In this document: piece by piece, positions 48,087-62,597 of the stretch
Position numbering within the stretch: position 1 is the first letter of the stretch
Layout: the number at the start of each line of letters is the position of its first letter
Assembly: GCA_030264375.1 (NCBI GenBank)
Contig: JASCQW010000109.1
Span: 50,068,307 to 50,132,306, forward strand
Direction of reading: 5' to 3'
DNA: 64,000 bases
Origin: Carcharhinus longimanus
Taxonomy: Eukaryota
Notes under the pieces: model-generated
The model's database searches: none
Seen by the model: the letters and a program-made list of their open reading frames with translations, nothing else
What the model was told of the DNA's origin: nothing
Made by a program: the position numbers and the translations under genes

Positions 48087-48397
48087 AGAATCCCTACAGT
48101 GCAGAAGGTGGCCATTTGGCCCATTGAGTCTGCACCAACCACAATCCCACCCAGGAACTATTCCCATAACCCAATATATTTATCCTGCTAATCCCCTGAC
48201 ACTAGGGTCAATTTAGAATGGCCAATTAACATAACCCACACATCTTTGGAATGTGGGAGGAAACTGGAGCCCCCGGAGGAAACCCACATAAACACGGGGA
48301 AAAAAAGTGCAAACTCCACACAGACAATCATCTTAGGGCAGAATTGAACCTGGCGCTGAAAGGCTGGAGTGCTAACCACTGTTCCACCATGCCACCC
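48087..48397 (-). mobile_element. HE1 V-SINE
   Basis: Full-length similarity to the other copies. Confidence 0.88.
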
Positions 48398-51300
48398 TAT
48401 AAACAAATACAAGTTAGGAGTAGGCCACTCTACCCCTGGAGCCTGTTCAGCCATTTGATAAGATCATAGCTGATCTGGTTGTGGACCATTCAGTTGATAA
48501 AAATCTCACCCTCGGAGGTAAGAATTTAGACTCACTATTACAAGAAACACATAAAGCGTGGTAATATCATACTTAGGGGTGTTATCTGGAATCTACTCCA
48601 AAATCCAGTATAGAAACTGCAGCCCTTTTTACTGCCCGAATTACTCCCCTCTCCTCTTTATGTAAGAATCTGCATGAAAAGGGCAAGTTCAAAAAGGGAA
48701 TCTACGCATTTGCTGAAATGACTCAAGTCTTCACATTAAACGTGCAATATGAATAACGGATAAGTCATAAAGAGAATGTTAATGATCTCCATTTGAGACA
48801 AGAGTACTGGTTGCTCAGATTTTCTTGTTCATTAATTAGTCTGTTTTTCCTTTTCAGATGTTGACTGCATTTCATTACTGGCATCAACATGGTGCTACTT
48901 TGCTGTACTATGTGCATTTGTCTCAATGAAACATTAAATTATAATTTTATTATGCTAATGTTATAGGCTGAATGAACAGAAACTTTAAACAATGTGCAAA
49001 AATCAAAATACAAATCAAGTAGCTATTTAAAATGGTGGAAGAACTCTATTTGCAGAAGTTAACTAAGGGGACAATGTATCATTTAAAAAGAGATTGCCTA
49101 GATTTTGACTAGTTTATGTCCAGTGGAATTCACTAGCTGCTTGAACATGCTAACTTGCAGCCAATCTCATTGGGTAAAACTAAACAATAAAACAAAACAA
49201 GAATAGTGAGATTTATTCATTCAACAAGTAAAAGGCTTTAGATTGAGGCTCCTCTCTGGAGAGGGAGGTGAAGGAGAAACCAACTGGAAGTATCTAATCA
49301 AAATTCATGTCAGAGTTTTCCATTACAGAAAGAGGCCCTCTGGCCCATTGTGTCTGCACCAGCCATCAAACACCTATCTATTCTAATTCCATTTTCTAAC
49401 ACTTGGTCTGTAGCTTTATAATGTTATGGCATCTTAAGTGTTGAGTTTCCTGCCTCTACCATCCTTTCAGCTGATTTGATATATTAAGAGCACTGGCTTG
49501 CAGGTTTATTGAAGTGGGAATAATGTTGGAATGTTGTCACTGAAGTTAATCATTTCAGATCAAATTGTCACAATGAAAATAATTGAGTTTTTTTTGTGTA
49601 ATTTGTATCGAAAAAAGTAATATCAACCATGACATGACACCATGTCTTGCAAAAAGTCAGATGAATCCTCTGAGCAAAATTGCATTATACTGAGAGGGAA
49701 TTTCACCAGTCTCTTTGAGACAGATTTAAAGGATGGTGCGACTGGGAAAATCACGATCACGTGTATTGGGCTGGCTTCCTAATGTTTTCCCAACCCGGGC
49801 TACTTGTCCCAGGAGCATGCTGCTGCCTGTAGGCCACCCCCCCCGGCGGTTATGGTGGGTTGTGGGGGGGTGGGGGTGGGGGATGGGGGGTGGGGGAGGA
49901 AACAAGAACGCGAACGAGCACGTGTGCGTGGCACCTGGCAGTTTCTCACTCGGACCCCCACTCTGCACCTCGTCTCCTCGGGGAGGTGAAAGAACAGTGG
50001 GATGTCAGAGCGCTATGGAGTGCTTGCATAGCTTGATCATTAAAGGCAAGCGCAGATTTCCTTCAACACCTCCACAGACAAATGTTTCCAATTGGCAACG
50101 TTTCCCTGCAGATGGATCCAACTGATGGTTCTGGGTGTTCGGACTGTGCCTGTCTATCAGGTGCAACATAATGTGCCTCTATCTTGCAGAACCCTCTCCC
50201 TCATCTGAGCAGCACATGCTATTCTTAGTGGGGCTGCCAGCTGCTCTTCTTCTTGGCTCCCCTGACTGACCTTCCTATATCAGTTGCTGCCTCCCACCCC
50301 CAATTGGATAGGCTTCCAGAAGTGCCTCCTTAAAATCAATCATCTCTGGGAAGATCAGACCTGAAGGTGTACCACTGAACAGGATGAAGTCAAGATCTGG
50401 TTTATGTGGAGAAAATTCCAATCATTGTTTCTACAATCAAAAATAAATGGATAAAAATGTCAGGACTGGAGATTGATTTCAGGTTGAGGACACTACATGT
50501 GGGTTGCAAATAATGGAGAAACTGTGTATAAATACCATTTAAAACAGGTGCAATGTTGAGTAACGCAATAGCACAACACAATAACATTCAAATAACATTA
50601 GGATAGAGCAATGAGGCACCAGCATAGTTTAGTCAGCATCCTGGCTGTTTGTGTATAGACTGCTGCTCACACTTTAGTAAGCTTTAAATAGTTTGCAATG
50701 ATTAATCAGCACTACTGAAAAATAAAATTAACTTGAACAGGTAGCAATTGTACTTTGATTCCAGCTATTATAGTGTGATGGTTATTAAATCATAAGTTAA
50801 AAATAAATCAGATCATTTATCTTTTGCAGAACTTCTGCAAGGTTGGGATATTTCAGGATGCAGAGCATATTAATAGCATTTGTGCATGCCCAAAGTAAAG
50901 CAGATCCAAAGGTCTTTAAGCAGCAAGTTACAGTTCAGTCATTTCTAGAGGGAATGATGATCATCGTAAAACGTTACATCAAATAGTAGGATGCAGGTTC
51001 AATTTCTCATACCTGATATTTTTGCATGTCATTGTTACGCGCTAGCAAGCATAACTTTTGTACGATAAGTATTGTACTTGCACTCATGAAAAAAAGTAGG
51101 TGGGAGGTAAAGAGAGAAAAAAATCCGTAGAGCAACTTTTAAAACATATGTTATGTCACCAAACGGATAGCTCACAATAATGCTGAAGGTCTGACATTCA
51201 AGTCTTTGTTTTAAAGTTCATTTCTTCCTTGGACAAAAGTCAATTGCTAGAAATGCTTAGCAGATCAGTCAGTGTCTGAAAATGAGTCTTGGTAATGTTG

Positions 51301-51528
51301 CTGGTGAAATCTTTCGCCAATACTCATTCAAAATATTAACTGACTTTACATTAAGATCTGAAAGACGCACAATGTATTTCCACCACTTGCAGTTATTACA
51401 AATTTCTAGTCTCGATTTTTCCTTCACATTTTTCAATGGATTTTTTAAAAAAACCAAGTTTAAATCTTGACACTGGACTGATAAAATTTATTGAAAAAAA
51501 GAGATTATCCAATAGAAATGATACCCAC

Positions 51529-51603
51529 GTATTGAGACTTCCAGTGACACTACCTCCAGTACGAGCTGTGAAAACCTTGCTAAGCATTAGTTGTGGAGGA
51601 GAC
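51529..51603 (-). CDS. FNIP1: FNIP1 exon 5
   Basis: [24 protein letters not shown](T); cttcag / gtgggt; 75 nt. Confidence 0.95.
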
Positions 51604-52583
51604 CTGAAGAGAAAAATCAGTGAGATTATTTGGAAAAATAACTCACTGAAAAATCAAAAATAATTTTCAACTAAACAGAAGGTGAAAAATTCCTTAAAAT
51701 GTGGAAGGCAGTACATTTTATATCACATACACAGACAGCAGACTTGGTCCCCATGAAGACCTCAGACAGTTTATTTCCTTGGACCACTAAATGGGGAGTG
51801 GAGGCTACTGTATATACAAGACCTTTAACAGGGTTTAGTTTTACACTGAGATTGAAATGTTAGAAAGCAATGTGCACTACTATGCACAATTCTGAGAAGA
51901 CTCACGTGTTTACAAGGAAGGTTAATTCTACTTAAGGACCTCAAATCCTAACTCTAATAGATGGAAAGCAAAACCTGGGAGACCTCAATATTTTTGGCTT
52001 TCAGGTGGGCAAGTGTCGTTTCCACCCCCCACCCCCACAAAAAAAATCCCCTCCTGCTTCCCCTCATCCACAGTGGGGTGGAAGCGGGGGGGGGGGGTGA
52101 AAAGAGGATGGTCAAACATTTTTGATTAAATCTACTAGGTTTCTATTCAGTTTATAACCCCCTCAAAATTCTAGTGGATAGAATTTCACTCCCATAATCC
52201 CTGTTCTTGACATAGGGGATGTGTCTGGGTGAGCTCTCAGGCAATAATTCCACCCATGCATTTGCCCTCAAGTCAGTTGAAAATCTTAAACTATTCCAAA
52301 TCTGTGTCAGGGAAGAAAGGTCTTTTTCCCAAAGAACACCTTTTCCCCCCACAGCCACCTTGTTCAATTGAGAGAATATGACAAAGGCAACATTTCTTAT
52401 TGGGTCCTTTCCAGGTCTCCTCTTCTCACCGTCAGAGTGAATGGCATCACTCTGACATTCCAATTGACCTCTTGGTGCAGGTTCCATTTAAGCATTCTTG
52501 CAGGTACAACGTGCTCAACTTAGCTAAGCACTGACCAAGTCCTTCGAATTTTGGATGGGTTCTAGGCCTTTGCACACAGATAC

Positions 52584-52879
52584 AGAATCATAGAATCCCT
52601 ACAGTGCAGAAGGAGGCCATTCAGCCCATTGAACCTGCACTGACAACAATCCCACCCAGGCTCTATCGCCTTAATCCCATGTATTTGTGCTGCTAATCCC
52701 CCTGACGCTAAGGGGCAATTTAGCAATCAACCTAAACTGCACATCTTCGGACTGTGGGAGGTTTCCACGCAGACCTGAGGAGAATGCGCAAACTCCACAG
52801 AGACAGTCAGCTGAAGTTGGAATTGAACCGGGTCCCTGCAAGACAGCATTTGCTAACCATTGTGCCACCATGCTGCCCC
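52584..52879 (-). mobile_element. HE1 V-SINE
   Basis: Full-length similarity to the other copies. Confidence 0.88.
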
Positions 52880-53430
52880 AACAGGAATTTTGACAGGAGC
52901 TTTGCTGCACTTGAGCTGCCAACAGGAATTCAAGGTTCCGGCGTTCTCACCAGCTTTCTTATCCTTAAAAGGGCATGGGGACATTCCATATATCACGTGA
53001 AATAATAGATACAATGCTGTGGGCCAGTTTTCACTGTTGCCACTCATGGTGACACAGGGGTGGAGGAAAATCAATCAGTATACAATTTCTAATCAGCCAA
53101 TCTGAGGCTCAGTAACAAGGATTGATTGAGACACACTGGCTAGAATATACAAATCATCTTTTGTAGCATTTACGAACTAAAGGTCAATGCGGTGTAAGAT
53201 AGAACTCCTTTATGGAGCCAGCTAAATAAGCTGGAAACAATGTCATAAATTGGAGTTAGCTGTGAACATCAAACAAAAACTTTAAATTTTGGCTGGGCTA
53301 ATTTTACCTAATAAATCCAGCCAGGATTTTCAATTTTTGCTTCCAACTTTAAAGAGCTTTGGAAACTGACAGTGTGTACTGGTTATGTAACAAACATTTA
53401 ACAATTTGTTAGAACGCAAAGTCCTCTCAC

Positions 53431-53531
53431 CGTATCTGGTGGATCTTTAATGTGGAACCTTTGTAGCTCATTGCCACAGAGCCAAACATCATTTCGCCAA
53501 GCATGTTGGCATCTGAGGACGGTCGTGAATT
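53431..53531 (-). CDS. FNIP1: FNIP1 exon 4
   Basis: [33 protein letters not shown](R); ttctag / gtgaga; 101 nt. Confidence 0.96.
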
Positions 53532-55563
53532 CTAGAAAGGCAAGTTATCAAAAATGAACACAATGACATCTAAATATGTCTTAAAAACAGACCATTAGTT
53601 TGAGATTATTTTAGGTGTGTGTATATTATAAAATACACAAGTGTTCTAAAAATCAGAATAATGCGCCACCGGAGTCTCATTCTGAGAAACTGTAAAGTAC
53701 ATTTTAATAGGATGGTATAACTTGTGACTCGCTTTTTTGCCTGTTCCTGCTTTTTAAAAAAAAAACTACGTACAGCACAATACCAGAGCAAGGGGAGAAA
53801 TCTGTAATAATTATTCAACCATTAACTCAAAGTTGAATTACTGAGCATTGTAATATTGCCTAAATATTACATTTTGGCAGACTGTTGGCTCATACATTAT
53901 TGTAAAACCTAACCCTTCATTCAAATCGAGTTAATATTTTTTGCAATCAAAGGTAAGACACATTAACTTGTGTAGATTGCCACTGATGGAGAAAAGCTCA
54001 CCCAGTGGAAATAAATGGATACAAGTCACAATGTGGATCAGAGGGATTTGTCTTACTTGTAGGGATTACAGTACATAATTCAATAAATATTGACAGGTCA
54101 ATAATCTTGGTGCTTAACCAGAATGCCAAGGGAAGATATTCATAATTTCTTTTCCTGCCCAAATCTTTCCATTTCCTTATGAAACAGATTTAAAAAAGGA
54201 TGCATTTATATACTTGTCTCATGAAACTCTGCAACATTGAGCACTGTATTACAACAGCCACTACTACCTTGTGTTTTCACACTATTCAGCGTGTGTAGGT
54301 ATTTTTAATTAGCAAAGCAATCTTTATTTACTGTGGTTGGAAGTAGCTTGATCTGAGCAATCAGCTGAGCTGATCTTGATATGCACAGACTACAGCAGGT
54401 GTGTACATGTTGTCTAAGGAACTTGTTCATAGTTTTTAAATTTCAAGTACATGTTATGGGAGGTTTAATGTAGAGGCCTGTCTTTCTATTATGGCAGCAG
54501 AGCATGGAAGGATTTGTCAAATGTAAAAAGTTAGATTTCCATTGTGCATATTGAACACACTTCAATTTAATACAAAGGAGCACAAAGACAGGCTTCAAAC
54601 ATTGTGCACTTTATTGTTCCAACTGGGATGCAGGGTGTTAGTTTTGATGTGGCATTTTTGACATTGAACATGATCATACAATACAGCTCTAATGATATGC
54701 CTCAACTCCAAACTAAGGTCAATACAACTATTTACTTGTTTTATCTGCATATTGTCTAACCTGTACTTTTTAAAATATATAATTCTGTAAACACCGAATC
54801 CCATTTTATCTGGTTTTACGTTAAAACAGATTAAAGCAGCTAGTTGCTATACTAATTTGAAATATTAATCAGATATCTCACTGAAATGTCTCATTCATGC
54901 AAGTTTCTGCTGGTTTGAAACAAAAAAAAAGAAAACTAAGATTAAAAACAAAATACTGCAGACGCAGAAAATGTTGGAAAATCTTAGAAGCTCTGACAGC
55001 ATTGGCAGAGACAGAACAGCACTCAAGTTTTAAGTCCGGATGTCAGAGCTAAAGAAAACTTTAGCAAGTTAGTACATTAAAATGACATTGTTAAGGGCCG
55101 GAAGGGTATCAGCAAGTATTCTTTTTATTCAATGTTGGTGGCTGGTCAGTAAACCACAATTGATAATGTTGTTTGCCCATAGTGCTAGGAAAAGGCTCAA
55201 AATTATTTACTCATACTCTCGAATCATACAGCCTAAAATACCATCGCTCCAGACATGCATGATGGGGTAAAGCTGTATTAAGGTTTTTTTTTTTAAAAAC
55301 AGTTCATAAAAGACACAATTGAACAGCTTTATTTCCAATATGATGGTTAGATGACCTGGCCATCATATATCATCTCTGCCCCTTCAACTGCAGTATAAGC
55401 CTCATTATGAAAACACTTCTTAGCCTCCTTCCTAAAAACAGGTCTAAAAGAATGAATTGATTGAACGAAATTATCTCCCAACAGAATTTTTGTGTTTGCA
55501 GTTTTCAAAGAATTTAAGAAACTTCAAACGTGGGGGGTTAAAGTTCACATATTCAGGCCTTAC

Positions 55564-55704
55564 CTGGCATTTAGACGATTGATCTTTAGTATTAGGAGCT
55601 GAAGAAGATGAGGAAGAGAGACTGTCTGAAGAGCTGGTGCACGTACTGCACTTTACATGACAGTATTTCTCAAGACTCTTCATTTGGCTATCGTTGCAAA
55701 CCTT
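55564..55704 (-). CDS. FNIP1: FNIP1 exon 3 (Ser-rich)
   Basis: KVCNDSQMKSLEKYCHVKCSTCTSSSDSLSSSSSSAPNTKDQSSKCQ; cttgcag acceptor, gtaagg donor; 141 nt, phase 0-0, fits neighbouring exons. Confidence 0.88.
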
Positions 55705-56079
55705 CTGCAAGTAGGAAAATTTTAAGAGTCAGCGCTGTTCTGCTAAATCATTTAAAAACAGCCAATGGGGAAAAGGAAAGGAAAATATCAAGCCATGTGG
55801 GCACAGATTAAAGGGTGATTGGTAAAAGAACCGGAGGTCACATGAGGAACGGTTTTACAAAACAACTTGGGAGAAAACACCACAGGAATATATGAAAAGA
55901 GTAGGAAAGTGGGATCTGCTGGATTGCTGTTTGAAAACAGTATACACAATGGGCTAAACGATATACTTCTCTGCTCCATAATTCAAAGAAGATTCAGAAT
56001 GTCAATGGTACAAATGCCTATAAGCGATATTATAAAATAACATTAGATAAATATAGATATGAGTAGACCATACACCCCA

Positions 56080-56397
56080 GGGCAGCACAGTGGCACAGTG
56101 GTTAGCAATGCTGCCTCACAGAACCAGGGCCCCAGGTTCAATTCTGGCATTGGGTGACTGTATGGCATTTGCATATTCTTCCAGTGTCTGCGTGGGTTTC
56201 CTCCAGGTACACTGGTTTCTTCCCAAAGTCCAAAGATGTGCAGGTTAGGTGGATTGGCCATGCTAAATTGTCCTTTTGTGTCAGGGGGACTAGCAGGGTA
56301 AATATGTGGGGCACTGGGGATAGGGCCTAGGTGGGATTATTGTCGGTGTAGGCTCAACGGGCTGAATAGCCTCTTTCTGCACTGTAGGGATTCTATG
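56080..56397 (+). mobile_element. HE1 V-SINE, full length
   Basis: gggcagcacagtggcacagtggttagca head to gcactgtagggattctatg tail. Confidence 0.9.
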
Positions 56398-56399
56398 GA

Positions 56400-57930
56400 C
56401 CCCTGTGATACTGCCCCACCATTCATGATGATCAAGTCTGGTCTTGGGCTTCAATTCCACATTTCCCACCCTTCTGAAACATCAAAAATCTGCTGATCAC
56501 AGCCATAAATGTATTCAATGATGACACATACAGAACTAGGGTAAAAAATTCCAAAGATTCACAATCATTTGAATGAAGAAATTTATTGTCATCTCAGTCC
56601 TAAACGATCAGCTTCTTCTCTTGAAACTGTGACCCCTTGTTCTAAATCCACAACCAGAGAAAAACGATGTCCCAGTATACACCTGGTCAAGTCCCTTCAT
56701 AATCTTAAATGTTTCAATTAGATCACCTCTCATTCTTCTAAACTTCTTCTAAAATATGGTGGTCTCACTGAAGCCTGGAACAACCGAACCGAGATTTTTC
56801 TGGCATTCCAATCACTTCACGTTAAAGGCTGTTTACTAACTGCTTGCTGCACATACAAGTACACCTAAGTTCCTCTGAACATCAATAAAAGGTGTGAAAG
56901 TTGAAAATATTTTAAAACATATTCTGCATTTCTATTCCAACAACAAATAAACAACACATTTTCCATATTATATTCCATCTGCTACCTTGTGGTCCACTGA
57001 CCAAGGCCACTCACCATCACCTTCTCAAGGGCAACTATGGATGGACAATAAATGTCGGCCTACCCCAGTGATGCCCAGATCCTAGAAACGAATTAAGACC
57101 TAACCTATATTTCTTTACAGTTGGTGTCCTCCTCACAGCTTGCATAACCACCTAGTTTTGCATCAGTGGACTTAAGATACAATATTGCCTCATTGTCCAA
57201 CTCATTGCTGTAGATTGTAAATAGCTGAGGTCCCAGCATTGATCCATGTTGTGATGAGTGAAGTGCAGTCTGCCGACTTGAAAGTTGGTCATTTATCCCC
57301 ATTGCCTGCTTTATGTCCATTGACCAATTCTCTACTCATGTTACTATCAACTCCATGAGCCCTTATCTTGTGTATTGACCTGTTGTATGGCACCTTACTG
57401 AATGCTTTTCAGAAATTCAAGTATGCCACATCTACTGGTTCCCCTTTGTCTACCCTACTAGTCAAAAAATGAAATTTATCAAACACAACTGCCCTTTTGA
57501 AAACCCATGTTAACTTGTTCTAACTATGCTATATTTTTCNNNNNNNNNNTCCTTAATGATAGGTGCTAGCGTTTCCAATGACTAGTATCAGGTGAATTGA
57601 GCAATAATTCTCACTTTGCTCTCCCCTCATTCTTTTACATCTGCTAACTTCCAATCTACTGCAATCATCCCAGCATCCGTAGAATTTTGGAAAATCATTG
57701 CCAACACATACACTATTTCTGTAGCCATCTCTTTTAGAACCCTTGGATGTAGGCCATCGGGTCCTCAATATTTGTCAGAATTTAGTCCCTCAAATTTCTC
57801 CAGTACTTTTTCTCAGCTGATATTCTCTCTTTAGCCCCAAGGCAACCCTCCGTTTCTAGTGCAAAACATGTGTTTTTTACTGTAAAGACAGAAAAAAATA
57901 GATCTCTGCCATTTCCTCATTCCCATGATA
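56400..57930 (-). mobile_element. Decayed CR1 LINE
   Basis: Peptide QHGSMLGPQLFTIYSNELD...DAKLGG (RT motifs), plus gaaattcaagtatgccacatctactgg. Confidence 0.8.
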
Positions 57931-60270
57931 GCTGTAATAGGGAGTTATAAAGATTAAAAAGATTGATTTTATGGATCAAGTGAATGATCATATAAAACAG
58001 AGAATAAAAATTGTCAATTTTTATGTTAAATTTAAAGTTAATAAACATGCCTTGGCATAACTGTACATTCAAGGACACAAACATCCTGTGGCATAGGATA
58101 CAGAATATCCTTTAAGAAAGACAGTTCCAAACAAATGCGAATGATGTATCCATGATTTGTCATACATTATAAGCCACTGATAAAGACACATCACCTCAAC
58201 TCGTCATAGATAAATGGCAACCTAATATTAGATATCTTTACATTTTCAGGATGCCACTAAATCAACTGTCAACTAAATATGGAAAAATTAGTTCTAATCT
58301 TTGGAGAAACTTGCGTAGTAAGGAAGTTACCATCATCAGCATCTCTTAAAAATTGTGTTTGCTCAAAGGATGATGCCCAGCATGTGTTCAATATGCCTCC
58401 TGCTGGTTCAGCTCTTTTATGATGTAAATATCGGAATGTCACAACAGATTTGTTGGGTTCACTCCAGCATCTCTCAAGGTAAATGTATTAGCTATTGTCG
58501 TGTAACAACAATTGTTTTCCCCCTAATTGGGATCGGGATATCTCGCCAGACTCTTTAGCTGTCTATTCTGGGATTTAAGGTGAATAATCTTTTATATATG
58601 GATGGACATCTCAAATATCTAACGTTATTTAATATCTTATCTAATAGAAGTTTCCTTGAACTATCAGTGTTGTAATTGATTTGTCATCAAAAGGGAATTG
58701 CATGTTCAGTTCTTTATTGTCTCATATGGTCTTTCGTTTTCAAACTCAAGAATTCATCTCATGTACATTCCTCAGCAGAGAGGTATACGATGGGAAAGAC
58801 ATTCCTGGACTCTAATCCAGGTTATTATAACCTGGCTTAAACTTGTAAAAAAGCTACCTGGAGGGTAGTAATATTCTCTGCTTGTTCCTTTTCTCCAGGG
58901 AGAGTTACATCTATTCTTCAGACTGCTTTCTCAACCTTAAATAAGAGTGATCATCTGAGGAGTATGCCCAATCCAGAATAACTCCAAAAAAGTGCAGGAA
59001 TTATAATCCACTCCACATAGACCTTATTCTTTGATGCTCTATTAAATGCTCAATCTTTCCTGGCTCACTCAGCTTGACTTTACCCATGTCAATATACAAA
59101 CTCTATTGCCCCAACTGACATCTTTGGATTTCTAAATCTACCTGAACCATCCACCTCATTTTTCCCTACATGGGCCATATTTGCTGGTGTACTCTTCCTG
59201 TCAGACCCTAGTTACCATTAGCCATTTTACTACCCTGAACTATTACCTTTCTCTTTAACTTTCCAAATCTCCCTTCACATGAACTTAAAGAGTGTTCAGG
59301 ATGCCCCGCACCAGTGTGGCATGCTCATCCACCCTGCAGTCACTGCTCCCCTTCGCACAAGAACCTCGGATCTGTTGGACAAGTGGAAAAGCTGAGAGGT
59401 TCCTCCATTGATACCTTCCGGGTCCCCATACCCGTCCCACTTGCAGTTAGACCCTCTTGTCAACATTCAGTTTTACACAATAGCCTCAGAACAGCAGCTC
59501 CAGTAATGTCTGAAGTGCATTCCAATCTAAAAATCCTATTTATGGTGTCTGAGGAAGTAGCCACGGAAAAAAAGTCACAAGGCACATCAAAATTGGTAAT
59601 TAAAATGCCTGTGTTTACCAAGATGCTGAAAGCACTTGTAGAACTTTGGTTGGCAAACATACTAAAACTAACACGCCAAAAAGGTTTAGCGGCATGTAAA
59701 TTACTAGCAACCCATGATGAAAAGGCAAGATCAAAAGTAAAGCCAAATATTGAGCTATTACTGGCCCTGAAGTGTTGCCATTCACTGCCTCAAAGAATTC
59801 AGCACATCCTGAACACTTGAGCAGAAAGGGATCTAACCAACAGACTTGAGAACTACTGCTTGCATTCATGGTAAGAAAGAAACCCCACTATACTCATCAC
59901 AGACTGCATCACATATCTGGTTAACTGCTCTTCACATAGCTGAGAACATATTGGGACAGGCACCTACAACAATGCAAGATCTGTTGCCCCTCTGCATTGA
60001 GTAGAGATTGGAACTCCCACCGGCTCAGCATAAATTAAGACAATATACCATACATAAAATCATAACTCCAGAGCTTACACCTCACCCCAAGTGCATTATA
60101 AAGCCATTTGCCTGCCTGGGTGCCATTTTCCTTGACATTCTTGGCCATCAAACTTAATATTTTAAATTAATTGAACTGGCATCCTATTCATTTTGGGAAA
60201 GAATCCCACAAATTGCATAAGTGCTTCCTAATTTTTCTTCACCGAAATCTTGCTTTTAAGGTTATATCCC

Positions 60271-60640
60271 TCAGCGGTGGCCTAGTGTCATTCTCGCTAG
60301 GCTATTAATTCAGAAATTCAGCTAATATTCTGAGGACCCAGGTTCGAATCCCACTGTGGCAAAATTTGAATTCAATAAAAAATATCAATACAAAGAATCT
60401 ACTGATGACCATGAAGCCATTTTCAATTGTTGGAAAAATGCATCTGGTTCACTAATGCCCTCTAGGGAAGGAAATCTGCTGTCCTTGCCTGGTCTGGCCT
60501 ATATATGACTCCAGAACCATGTGGTTCACTCTCAACTGCCCTCTGAAATGAGGGCACTAGCAAGTCACTCAGTTAAAGGGCGACTAGGGATGGGCAATAA
60601 ATGCTGGCCAACCAGCGACGCCCATGTCCCAGGAAATAAT
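60271..60640 (+). mobile_element. tRNA-derived SINE with CR1-clade LINE tail
   Basis: Box A-like gtggcctagtg, box B ggttcgaatccc, tail aagggcgactagggatgggcaataaatgctggcc..ccagcgacgcccatgtccc shared with the LINE end at 29290-29345. Confidence 0.8.
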
Positions 60641-62087
60641 TTTTAAAAATCTAGCTATCCTTTTGCCTTCTAACCTGTTTGACCCGAATATTAAATCTCA
60701 GCTCTCCATATGAAACCTGGGAAATTCAACAGTACCTTTCTAATTTATAAATTTACTGCATAACAGAGGTCTTTTGACTTTGGAATGTAAGGTCTTATTT
60801 TTCAATTTCTATACACATTACGCACATTTATATATAGTAATACTAACTACTTGCCACACCCTAAATGATTCCCTTTAAGAAGAGACCACGGGATAAGGGA
60901 GATGGCAACTCAAGACAAAACACTTGTCTGCACCGAGGCAAACTCCAGCATGCAATGAAACCATACTTTCCAACAAACATGCAACTATATCCATACTCAT
61001 GTTGCAAGTTTCCAGATCATTTTCATGACTACGCTTCCAAATACGAGTAAATGTAGTTTAATGATAGTCATGTGACTTAAGAACTCGTGAATTAGAAAGA
61101 CACAGATCAGAACGGAATCGCTCTTGCAGTGCAGTGTCATGTGATGAAACCACATAAGCACAAACGCAGAGAAATAAAAAATGTGGAACTAAGCTTCCAG
61201 ATAAACAGGTTTGAGACATTACCAAACTGTTGAACCTTTGCAATTTCCCCTCCCCACATCAACACTTCCAAAAATTCCAATTTTACTGCTTGCCTTAGTA
61301 AACAATGGATCAACACACAAGATTCCGATCTGATTAATGAAAAGTGTGACATCTTCACTTTATTTAATGCAGTGAATCAACTCTTTAAAAACTTTTAATT
61401 ATGAATCTGTACAACATTGGAGATGAGAATTTCCAGATATATCTGAAATTACTCTTTATATAAATTCCTCTCGTGCTTAGGACTCCCCAAAATACCTATT
61501 GGCTCATCAACCTTAAACGTTGATCCTTATTTCTCTCTACGCAGATTCTGGCAGACCTGTGGTGTATGGTCCAGCATTTTCTGCTTTTATTTCTGACTTT
61601 CAACATCCATAGAGCTGCTTGTGTATTGATCCACTGTTTGCTAAGAAATGTAGTAAAATTTTTATTTTAAAGAGTTGATTTGAGGGGGAGGGTTGCATAC
61701 GGCCACAAAATGGATCCTGATTCAGGGCACTGGACTCCGATGGTGGAGGTAAGGATGAATCTAATAGGTGCACAAATTGGAAGCTTCTGCAAGAGCCTAC
61801 ACATCAGGATTATCTTCCTAAGTGATATCAATTCATAAATTATGTTTCTTCTCAGTTTTCACTCCAACCTCAATGTCAGCAACTTACCCCAAAAGGAATA
61901 TAGATTCCTGAGCCAATAGTCTTCTCCACAACGATGTCAAATTCTCTTCCAAGTGTGATCAGAAGTAAGCATTAACAATGCATAAGGCAAGGACTTAATG
62001 AATGTTTTGGACTCCTTAGGTGCAACAGAATGCCTGGACACCACATAGCCGTTAATAAAAGTCATGAGTGAGATTCTCCAGCTCCCA

Positions 62088-62250
62088 GCTGCATGCTTCC
62101 CTCTGGCGGGAGGTGGCGTGTTGTTTGCTAGTGGCGAGATTCTGAAGTCCCATCACCGTCAATGGGAATTCCCATGGACGTCACCCCACGCTAGTGGGGA
62201 ACCCACAGGCAGAGCTGTGCTGCCGGTTGGATCAGGCAACTCCAGCCCAT
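62088..62250. repeat. MITE-like imperfect palindrome
   Basis: GC-rich, roughly self-complementary block centred on caatgggaattcccatgg. Confidence 0.45.
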
Positions 62251-62597
62251 GTGTGGTTTCATTGCATGGCACTGTGATGCAACAGAGATTTCATTCTTTT
62301 CTAAGCGTCTTTCGAATTCAAGTGTTCTATTAAAAACACACAACTACAGAGCAGAGTTAAGTGTCAGCCGTTGCTGGGATATCGCCCATACAACATTTGA
62401 CATTGTATCAAGTCTAGTTTCTGTTGCCCAGAAGAATTCAGACATAATTTTCAAAAATGCAGGACCACATATTACTCTCTTCTCCCTCTCCTATCTTTTA
62501 AACCAAATTGAAATAACGTAGAGTTAATTTTTCAAACTGGCACAGGTCAGACTTAAAGAAATGGATTTGGGAAAGAAAAAAATAATTTATGACTTAC

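Noticed and set aside
59314-59869. 168-aa ORF as a nested gene
   Set aside because: No recognisable domain or splice structure; it lies among decayed repeat-like sequence.
60271-60360. tRNA gene (box A/B with GGTTCGAATCCC); likewise the HE1 heads
   Set aside because: No cloverleaf, and it runs directly into a SINE body and tail.
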